IMG/VR virus record: IMGVR_UViG_3300045988_116732 | Origin: a virus | Reading direction: 5' to 3' (one strand) | Length of the DNA: 40,000 nt | Shown here: positions 1-7,000 of the stretch, piece by piece | Numbering within the stretch: position 1 is the stretch's first letter | Layout of the letters: every line of letters begins with the position of its first letter | Translations under genes and position numbers: made by a program | Notes under the pieces: generated by a model | Databases searched by the model: none | Told to the model about the DNA's origin: nothing | Seen by the model: the letters and a program-made list of their open reading frames with translations, nothing else

Positions 1-72
1 CCAAAAAGGCTGTAACCCTTGATTTATCAAGGATTACAGCCTTTTTTCTAGTTAAGCTGGCAACGGGAATCG
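1..72. repeat. Left copy of the terminal direct repeat (att core, or wrap-around of a circular genome)
   Basis: Exact identity with 39929-40000. Identity begins at base 1 and is cut off by the window end on the right, so its true length is unknown (at least 72 bp). Confidence 0.95.
3..47 (-). terminator. Rho-independent terminator downstream of the tRNA-like segment (bidirectional shape)
   Basis: Stem 8-18 (GGCTGTAACCC) pairs with 31-41 (GGATTACAGCC) with one mismatch and a 12-nt loop. It is flanked by A5 (3-7) and T6 (42-47), so a T-run follows the hairpin on either strand. Confidence 0.7.
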
Positions 73-99
73 GACCCGTGACCTCCGCACTACCAATGC
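55..99 (-). tRNA. 3' partial tRNA-Thr(GGU)-like segment (integration-site core), not a complete gene
   Basis: The reverse complement reads GCA TTGGTAG TGCGG AGGTC ACGGG TCCGATT CCCGT TGCCAGC T. That is the anticodon loop (anticodon GGT), variable loop, T-arm, acceptor 3' strand and discriminator. tRNA likeness stops at about 99 and there is no D-arm or 5' acceptor. The T-loop has C where U55 is expected. Confidence 0.6.
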
Positions 100-147
100 T
101 CTTTTTCATTTCTTAATCTAGCTTTCTATCAGTGTTCCATGGTTTTC

Positions 148-167
148 ACTCGATATTACTCGATATT
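148..167 (+). promoter_or_regulatory. Two tandem arm-type repeats ACTCGATATT (putative integrase arm-binding sites, P' side)
   Basis: ACTCGATATT ACTCGATATT at 148-157 and 158-167. The same 10-mer family occurs four more times in the same orientation at 39791-39811 and 39874-39893, flanking the core. Confidence 0.6.
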
Positions 168-205
168 TTTATCCTAGTAATGCATTTTTTATATACATCG
201 GTTTA

Positions 206-979
206 TTACTTTTCATACACCGATACATACTTACTAGCCGCTGTAATATATACTCCTGAAATGAGTTTATACATACTGCCGCCACCCACTTTAATAGGTC
301 CTTCTGCAATTGTAAAGACTTCATTCTTTGCCACTCTTCCATAAACAGCACTACTATCCCAGCTTGGTGTTTTTCTGACTGCCAAATTATCCACCAGTAC
401 TTTCACATACTTTTTCTTCTCCGGCAGTTGTACCGGTGCAACTGGCTTCGATTCAGCTGCTACATAATCAGATAAAGCGTATGCGATTGCTCTGCATACC
501 TCTTCAAACTTCTGTTCATACAGTGCTGCATCCGGATTATTCACAAAGCAAACCTCAATAAGCATTGCCTTCGCCTTTGTTTTACGGATAACATATAATC
601 CACTTCCGGCTTTTACTCCACGGTTAGTAAATCCAAGTGCTGCAATATGTTCACATACCTCTACAGCATCAGGATACTGTCTGCCCTTGTATGTATAAGC
701 CTCTACTCCATGTCCTGCTCTTGCAGCATCATTGTTAAGATGAATACTAATAAAATAATCCAAATCAGTTGCATTTGCCATTGCTACTACTTTCTGTAAA
801 TATGCTGCCTGTGTTGGTGCGGAATCTACTGTGCATGGTACCACCTGCACCCCCGCTGTTGTAAGAAGCTCTGTCAATCTGTTACAGACTCTTCTTGTTT
901 CTGTGCTCTCTGAAATAACTCCAATTGTTCCACTTCCTGCTCCAGAAAGTGTATGTCCTGCATTTAATCCAATTTTCAT
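206..979 (-). CDS. Endolysin: N-acetylmuramoyl-L-alanine amidase (Amidase_3 type) with C-terminal SH3b-like wall-binding domain
   Basis: 257 aa. Contains MKIGLNAGH, ISIHLNN..GHGVEAY and LIEVCFVNN, typical of zinc amidase_3. A linker (containing VAPVQ) precedes a beta-rich domain of about 65 aa. Adjacent to the holin. RBS GAAGGGA. Confidence 0.9.
   Translation of the reverse strand: MKIGLNAGHTLSGAGSGTIGVISESTETRRVCNRLTELLTTAGVQVVPCTVDSAPTQAAYLQKVVAMANATDLDYFISIHLNNDAARAGHGVEAYTYKGRQYPDAVEVCEHIAALGFTNRGVKAGSGLYVIRKTKAKAMLIEVCFVNNPDAALYEQKFEEVCRAIAYALSDYVAAESKPVAPVQLPEKKKYVKVLVDNLAVRKTPSWDSSAVYGRVAKNEVFTIAEGPIKVGGGSMYKLISGVYITAASKYVSVYEK
427..442. repeat. Copy 1 (15/16) of the dispersed palindrome GTTGCACCGGTGCAAC
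   Basis: GTTGTACCGGTGCAAC. In frame in the endolysin linker, read on the minus strand as GTT GCA CCG GTA CAA = VAPVQ. Confidence 0.9.
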
Positions 980-997
980 TTTATATCCCTTCTTTCT

Positions 998-1141
998 TTA
1001 GTCTAAGTCAATTTTTTCCATAATGGCTCTCATTTCAAGAACTGTCAGATACTCTTCCATTGCTCTAATCTGTATATTATATATATTTCTTGGACAAGTA
1101 GGGGTAAAATTCAGTTCTCCGGCATCCCACTTTTTAAGCAT
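998..1141 (-). CDS. 47-aa ORF directly continuing the frame of 1145..1441 after its TAG (separate small gene or read-through extension)
   Basis: The same frame as the upstream ORF reads TAG GCA ATG CTT... and gives MLKKWDAGELNFTPTCPRNIYNIQIRAMEEYLTVLEMRAIMEKIDLD, ending at TAA 998-1000. AAGGA lies 9 nt upstream of ATG 1141. The ORF is below the 60-aa cut-off of the ORF track. Confidence 0.4.
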   Translation of the reverse strand: MLKKWDAGELNFTPTCPRNIYNIQIRAMEEYLTVLEMRAIMEKIDLD

Positions 1142-1144
1142 TGC

Positions 1145-1441
1145 CTATAATCCTTTGTATCTGATATCAAGCTGTTTGTATTCTGCTTTAAATCTCTCCT
1201 TATAGTCATTGCTCTTCATTAAAACAGATGTTGCCGGCAGTTTGCTTTCGTCATATTTCCGGTATGCATCTTCAAAGATTTCTTTAGGGGACCAGCTTTC
1301 ATATCCATCCGGATATTTTACCAGATACCCTTCTTTCTTCGGGTTCTCATTTTCCGGTATTTTCCACCCACGGTAATTGTTATAATCACCCAGGTTCATT
1401 TCCTTTGCTTCAATGATTTTTGTTCCCACATACTTTTTCAT
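1145..1441 (-). CDS. Conserved small phage protein in the lysis cassette (function unknown), terminated by TAG
   Basis: 98 aa, MKKYVGTKIIEAKEMNLGDYNNYRGWKIPENENPKKEGYLVKYPDGYESWSPKEIFEDAY. Non-repetitive, globular-looking composition. Packed tightly between holin and endolysin. Confidence 0.65.
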   Translation of the reverse strand: MKKYVGTKIIEAKEMNLGDYNNYRGWKIPENENPKKEGYLVKYPDGYESWSPKEIFEDAYRKYDESKLPATSVLMKSNDYKERFKAEYKQLDIRYKGL

Positions 1442-1443
1442 CT

Positions 1444-1908
1444 CTATTCTTCCTCCTTCTCTTCTGTCTTTGCAACCTCTTCCACCTGCGATTTCAGATT
1501 TTTCAACAAAGGTAATAAAAATGGCGGAACCGGTGCACCTATATCCTTGATATTCTCCAGAATACTGATGATTTCATTACATATAATCCATATGGCTACT
1601 ACGCACGCTATAAGAAATGTTATTGGCATTGTGATTCCGATTGTGGCAGCAGCATACTTCAGTAACTGGTCAACAATGGCTCCAACCACTACCAGAAGCC
1701 ACATGGAAATCTTCTTTGCAATTCCCCGGAATCCCTTATAGGAATCTACTCTCTGGTTACGATACTTTGATGCGAAAATACCTGTTGCATAGTCAATAAT
1801 GTTGCATGCCACCAATAACAATACCGGTACATACAAGATGCCAAGCAGGGATGATAAGAATCCTGTAACCGCTGTTATGATTGCTTTAATTGTGTTTGTG
1901 TTGTTCAT
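1444..1908 (-). CDS. Holin (phage_holin_4 / TcdE-like family)
   Basis: 154 aa with 3-4 hydrophobic helices (GFLSSLLGILYVPVLLLVACNIIDYATG, MWLLVVVGAIVDQLL, ITFLIACVVAIWIICNEIISILEN) and a charged C-tail. Lies upstream of the endolysin. Confidence 0.85.
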   Translation of the reverse strand: MNNTNTIKAIITAVTGFLSSLLGILYVPVLLLVACNIIDYATGIFASKYRNQRVDSYKGFRGIAKKISMWLLVVVGAIVDQLLKYAAATIGITMPITFLIACVVAIWIICNEIISILENIKDIGAPVPPFLLPLLKNLKSQVEEVAKTEEKEEE

Positions 1909-1909
1909 G

Positions 1910-2968
1910 TTAGTTTCCTCCTTCTTTGTTCATTGCTTCTTTCAGTTTTTCAATTTCTTCCTGTTGTATCTGCACCATCTTAATAAGGTATGGAACCAGT
2001 TTTGAATAATCAATTGCAAGTACCTTATTCTTAATTCCTTTACTTGCATTGAACTCTTCTTCTAAATATCCATCAGGGATTTGAACGCATGATGGGATTA
2101 TATTAAGAACATCTTCAGCAATTAAACCTCTCTGGTCTTTATCTCCACCAAACTCTTTGATGTAATCAAAACTTACTGGTGTCAGCTGAAGTATTTTCTT
2201 TGCTTCCTCTTCTGATAAATTTGCAACATTCTTTTTTACTAATTTTGAAGATGGATTTGTAAAAGATGCACCATACACTGTAGCATAGCCAGAGCTATTC
2301 CAATCTGCCGTCATGTAGATAGGATTACCAATTATAGCTGTTCCTCCTGAGCCTGCACCAAATGAACCGTTGGCTCTCAAACATGCTGTCTGATTCCCGT
2401 TTGAAGTATTTTTAAAATAATGGTTACCATCACTTGAGGAGTACTGAAATCCGCCGCCAGGGCCATAGTCTACAATCCTACTGGTGAAGTCTGTATTGCT
2501 GTTATTATAATGAAAGTCTATATATGGAACAACGGCGATAATTTCTAATGCTCCAGCATTCAGCGCCTGACCATCATGGTTATGACTAGCCGGTGGATAA
2601 CTACTTGGTTTTCCAGTTACTTTACTCCACGCTACTGCATTTGCACTTCCAGCACTAGTTGCGTACTTAACACTCTGTGAACCTATATTTGATGTTGTGA
2701 TTGCAGCAGATGCATCCTGCTTCTTTTTTACATTCGTGTTTAGTATGTTGATCTGATTTGCCATGGTTCCAGAAATGGAAGCATTCTTTTCTCTTGCATC
2801 CAGCACATATCCATCCTGGTTTATGGCAGAGCTTTGTGTTATTTTGTCAATATTCAGTTTTTCATCATCCAGCTTTTTTATTCCATCATCCATATGACCG
2901 AGATTTTCAGCCGATATCAAGGTTGATTTATCTGGGTAATTTTTCCAATTTACTTTCTCATATGACAT
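1910..2968 (-). CDS. Tail fibre/spike protein with C-terminal intramolecular-chaperone (peptidase S74-like) domain
   Basis: 352 aa. The C-terminal part (...SSKLVKKNVANLSEEEAKKILQLTPVSFDYIKE...RGLIAEDV...LAIDYSKLVPYLIKMVQIQQEEIEKLK) matches the auto-cleaving chaperone domain of phage fibres. N-terminal MSYEKVNWKN is a fibre-type start. Confidence 0.8.
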   Translation of the reverse strand: MSYEKVNWKNYPDKSTLISAENLGHMDDGIKKLDDEKLNIDKITQSSAINQDGYVLDAREKNASISGTMANQINILNTNVKKKQDASAAITTSNIGSQSVKYATSAGSANAVAWSKVTGKPSSYPPASHNHDGQALNAGALEIIAVVPYIDFHYNNSNTDFTSRIVDYGPGGGFQYSSSDGNHYFKNTSNGNQTACLRANGSFGAGSGGTAIIGNPIYMTADWNSSGYATVYGASFTNPSSKLVKKNVANLSEEEAKKILQLTPVSFDYIKEFGGDKDQRGLIAEDVLNIIPSCVQIPDGYLEEEFNASKGIKNKVLAIDYSKLVPYLIKMVQIQQEEIEKLKEAMNKEGGN

Positions 2969-2970
2969 TC

Positions 2971-3960
2971 CTATTCTCCTTTCGGATAGCCTATAGAATC
3001 TATTACATTCTGAAGACTATTAAATAATTCTAGTGTTTTTTCATAATAATACTTTGCTGAATTTTTATCTCCGGTAGCGTAATTTTTTGCTTCCGTTACA
3101 CTACTCGCTGCTCCTTTCGCACTGTTTGCTGCTTCCGTTGCACTTCCGGCCGCTCCTGCGGCACTGTTCTTCGCTTCATCTGCATATCCACTAGCATCTG
3201 TCGCACTGTTCGCTGCTCCTGTTGCACTGCTTGCCGCTCCTTTCGCACTGTTTGCCGCTTCCGTTGCACTTCCGGCCGCTCCTGCGGCACTGCTTGCCGC
3301 TCCTGCGGCACTGTTCTTCGTTTCATCTGCATATCCACTAGCTTCTGTTACTGACTGGTTTATTAAAGTTATTGCATCATCTGCCTGCTGCCTCAGTGTT
3401 TCCTGCATACCTGATATCTCATTCTGATACTCCTCAAGAGCTGTTGCTTTCTCGGTAAATCCGCTTTCCATAGCAGATATATTCCTCTCTGCGTTCTCCG
3501 AAAGTGTCTTGTACTGTTCTGCCTGGTTGCAATAGTCTTCTGCCTGAGCAACCTGCTGCACCAATGATTTGTATTCATTTTGAGATTCAATGATATTCGG
3601 GTCCAGAATCTTGTTATATACATAGATTACAAACTCCGGCGAAGTAATAACTGCCCCATCCTGCATAGACAGCTCTATCTGTCCAATACATTCGCCCAAC
3701 ACATTAATGGTCTGTGTCGTGACTTCGTACTGTATCTCAGAGCCATCTATTACACAATCGTTGTAGCAAACTTTACCATCTGGCTTCACGATGCTTACTG
3801 CTGCCACTAATACATCCGACAAGTCGTATATCTTTCCGCTCTGCATAAGTGTAAAATGCAGGCTTCTTGTCTTTGTATCTCCCTGTCTTACAGAAATCCG
3901 GGGGCGTGTCCGTTCATGATCCAGGTCAAGTCGCATATTATTTACGATATTATTCCTCAT
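2971..3960 (-). CDS. BppU-N-like receptor-binding/fibre protein with Ala/Ser-rich repeat stalk
   Basis: 329 aa. The N-terminal ~120 aa (ISVRQGDTKTRSLHFTLMQSGKIYDLS...ITSPEFVIYV) resemble the BppU N-terminal domain. A coiled segment follows, then tandem ASGYADE.KNSAAGAA...SAKGAASS repeats. Confidence 0.7.
   Translation of the reverse strand: MRNNIVNNMRLDLDHERTRPRISVRQGDTKTRSLHFTLMQSGKIYDLSDVLVAAVSIVKPDGKVCYNDCVIDGSEIQYEVTTQTINVLGECIGQIELSMQDGAVITSPEFVIYVYNKILDPNIIESQNEYKSLVQQVAQAEDYCNQAEQYKTLSENAERNISAMESGFTEKATALEEYQNEISGMQETLRQQADDAITLINQSVTEASGYADETKNSAAGAASSAAGAAGSATEAANSAKGAASSATGAANSATDASGYADEAKNSAAGAAGSATEAANSAKGAASSVTEAKNYATGDKNSAKYYYEKTLELFNSLQNVIDSIGYPKGE
3096..3350. repeat. In-gene tandem duplication (126-nt unit, second copy carrying a 21-nt internal duplication)
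   Basis: gctcctttcgcactgtttgc.gcttccgttgcacttccggccgctcctgcggcactg occurs at 3110 and 3236. ttcttcg.ttcatctgcatatccactagc.tctgt occurs at 3167 and 3314. Confidence 0.9.
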
Positions 3961-3980
3961 AGATAACCTCCTTCGCCCTC

Positions 3981-4023
3981 ATTATATAAAAAAGAAATAG
4001 GGGATTTCTCCCCTATTTCGTCT
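3981..4023 (-). promoter_or_regulatory. Putative late promoter 2: AGACGAAATAGGGGAGAAA - 18 nt - TATAAT
   Basis: On the minus strand the 19-mer is at 4023->4005 and TATAAT at 3986->3981, followed by GAAGGAGG and ATG 3960. The same 19-mer, spacing and -10 box occur at 24305->24263. Confidence 0.55.
3988..4019 (-). terminator. Intrinsic terminator at the end of the giant gene
   Basis: 11-bp perfect stem, GAAATAGGGGA (3994-4004) with TCCCCTATTTC (4009-4019), and a 4-nt loop. On the minus strand it is followed by TTTTTT. It overlaps the TAG stop at 4013-4015. Confidence 0.7.
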
Positions 4024-7000
4024 TCTTTTTTGACCATTCTTCGATTTTTTTATTTGCTTCTGCATTCGTATATCCAAGGTGCATATAAATTGAAATAAGC
4101 AGATTCTTCATATCAGCATATTTACCTTTTTCCTTTGCCTTAAGGTATTTCTTTTTATATTCTCTTGTTACAACTCCACTGATATCTTTATTTTCTTTCC
4201 CGCCTTTACTTTTCACTTCACTTATGTAGTCAAAGATAGCATCTCTAGCTGCTCCATTGTTTATAGAATTGTCAATTGCATCATATAGCCTTTGATATGT
4301 TTCACCATAGTTCCATTCTTCCAGGGTACACCATATCTCCTCATCACTCTGTCCGGCTTTTTCTTTAAGAAACTTCTTAGCTTCTTTCTCTGATATGCCG
4401 CCGGCAAGGTAACCATCCTTTATCTCTTTTTTCACCTTAGATGTAATCTCTTTTTGCTCCAGTCCCTTTTCTTTCAGTTCTCCTTCTATCTCTTTATATG
4501 CTGCGTTATCTCCGGAAAGGTATGCGTCCAGCATTCTCTCATACTGCCTGCTATTCTTTCTCTTGATTCCTCCCAGATATTTTCCTGTGGTGGTATTATA
4601 AATAGCTTTGAAATCTCTTTCCACATTGTAAATTGGAATACCCGTCACAGAAGAAATTCCGCTCATTAACGATTCAGCCGCTTCTAACCAGGTATGGTTT
4701 TCTCTGTAGTCTGCATCTGTCGCATATTTCTGCACATTTTTTACCCCTGCAAACAGCTTCGACAGCCCCTGCATATCCAGTCTGTTTACATCATACCCCT
4801 GTGCTATTGAAAAGACATCCTTAAAATACGGTATCAACTGAATCGGATTCAGGTTATCTATTACATTATCCTTGTAATCCTCAAGCCATCTCTCCCAGTA
4901 TGTAGTGTCATCATCTTTCTTATCTCTGAATGCATCCATGAAGGACTGGACTGCTGCATTCACAACATTTGTAATAATATAGGCTTTCAATGTCTGTTTA
5001 AAGAATCTTTTACTTCCGGCATTCCACTTACCCGGCATCTCATACCAATCCCTCAATGCATTTGCCAGCATATTGTAAGATTTCATAGGCTCTGCCATGA
5101 ATGACGTTGCCATTTTATGCCAGCCATTGTTGCTTCGCATAATCTGTGACCGATGGAGCACTGAGTCTACTACCTGTGTCTGGTCGATAAGCTCATCGTA
5201 TCTGTCTACACACAAATCTGTAAACTCTTTGGAATTTACGTCTATATCCGGATGTAATGCCTTTGTTTCCTGTTTTACTGCATTCCACAGTACACCCCAT
5301 GTAATATCATCTGCCTGTTGAGCAAGAATCATGGATTTTTCCTGCAATCCCTCTTTAAATGTATGATGGTCCGTAATAACCTCTTTCATAGACTGACCAA
5401 TTGATGTTTCAAAATATCCCCAGGACTTCCACTTTGCAATAGGTGCTTTTTCCTGTACCTCATGCACTGCAGGTTTCATGGTCAGTGCTTTTAAAAGATA
5501 CTTGGAATCCATTACTGCCATTGCACGGAAATAAGCTGTTGGCTGCTGTATTGCCACTCTGATATTTGCAGCCACAGATGCTGCTTTCATATTTCCAACC
5601 AGTTCATCCACAAACTTGACCTGAACATCCCCTGTTCCTTCTGCATTGATATCCTTCACCAGCTTTTTAAAGTATTCCTGGTATTCTTTTCCGTAAGCCC
5701 TTTCTATCTGTGCCTTAACAGATGTCTTGGAATTCAGAATATCCAGTACTTCATCCTCTGACATATGTTCATCCAGTCCAGCTTTTTGTCTGTAATTAAA
5801 CCACTTCATAGCATCTGACAGTGCCGCTGTATAGCTTCCGTAACTTGCCATATCTGTTACATGCTTCGTAAATACATCAAAGATATCATCCACCACGATA
5901 GCATTTCTCGCATTTTTCATAGTCTTCTTAGTAAATCCCTGATTCTTTACTCCCCAGTATGAAGTCTGGTCCTTTGTATCTACAGTATTTCCGGATGTCT
6001 TGATAGGATAATAATGCTGTCCGCCGAATCTTCTGTATCCATACATCTGCATTGTGGTAGCATTACCCCATGCGGAGCATCTATTCTGCATAAACTGCTG
6101 CATAGAATCCGCCACTTTCTTCTGCTCCGGAGTAAGCTCCTCGCATATCTTTCCAACTTCGTATTCGGTAAGCCGGATTCCCTCGGAATTCCGATATACC
6201 TTTGTTCCAGCTTTGGTTGTTGTTATCAATCCACCATACTTGATATGTTCTTTCGCCTGCTCTCTGTTTTTAAGTTCATACAGCCCCATCATCTGTGCTG
6301 TTGTCATCCGCAACTTTTTATTGCCAAAATCAAACTCATGAACTTCCGCATCCCTTCCGGTCCACTTCTTCATTTCAGACTTTAACTGTTTTTCAGTAAG
6401 TCCGCATTCCTCGGCAATCTTTCCAAACTGAGACTGCATATAATCCTGTGCTTCCGCAATCTTTTCCGTTCTGGTATTCAGTCCCTTACGCAATCCTTTA
6501 TAGATGCTAAGTGCAGAATCTCCCAGTCTGTAGAAGTATGATCTTGGGTCCAGCATATTGGCATCCAGCATATTTTCTGCTTTGTTAATTGCCTTTCCCC
6601 TTAAAGTATCATTATTCCATACTTTCTTATCCTTCTTGGTTTTCAGTTCTTCAATTGTGTTGTCTCCAAGTTCTTCCACGTTCTGTGCACGTTCATTTAC
6701 ATATAACTGATTTACACTGGTGATGGCTCTCTTTAATCCGGATACCAGTCTGTCCAGATATCTCAAGCCATTCATATCCATGTCCGAAATTCGTACACCC
6801 TCATTATTGTTCAGGAAATCTGAAATATCATCCAGCAGTGAGCTTGTCTTCCGGTCTCCTGAATTGCCATCCATAAGAGCATTATAAATATCCTCATAAT
6901 CTCCAGCAATGGCTTCTCTCTCGCTTGATAACTTAAGCTGCATCTGGCTTAAAGCATTGTACCATTTCAGTGAATTAACACTATTTGGATTCGTCCGATC

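Noticed and set aside
55-130. A complete tRNA gene at the left end.
   Set aside because: Only the 3' 45 nt are tRNA-like: anticodon loop, variable loop, T-arm and acceptor 3' strand. The sequence beyond 99 cannot form the anticodon-stem 5' strand, the D-arm or the 5' acceptor strand.
1145-1147. Genome-wide TAG reassignment (an alternative genetic code, as in some gut phages) as the explanation for the in-frame TAG.
   Set aside because: TAG is used as an apparently genuine stop elsewhere. It ends the holin (1444-1446) immediately before the next gene's start, the giant gene (4013-4015) inside its terminator, the 3D-domain gene (35038-35040) and the integrase (39777-39779).
1524-1539. A sixth copy of the palindrome in the holin gene (GCGGAACCGGTGCACC, encoding GAPVPP).
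   Set aside because: Only the central CCGG and one half (TGCACC versus TGCAAC) match. The other half matches at 3 of 6 positions, so this is at best a degenerate half-site.
3096-3338. An 80-aa alternative-frame ORF (MDMQMKRRTVPQERQ...) inside the fibre gene.
   Set aside because: It exists only because the tandem DNA repeat keeps a second frame open. The sequence is a repetitive R/Q/E/V string with no start context.
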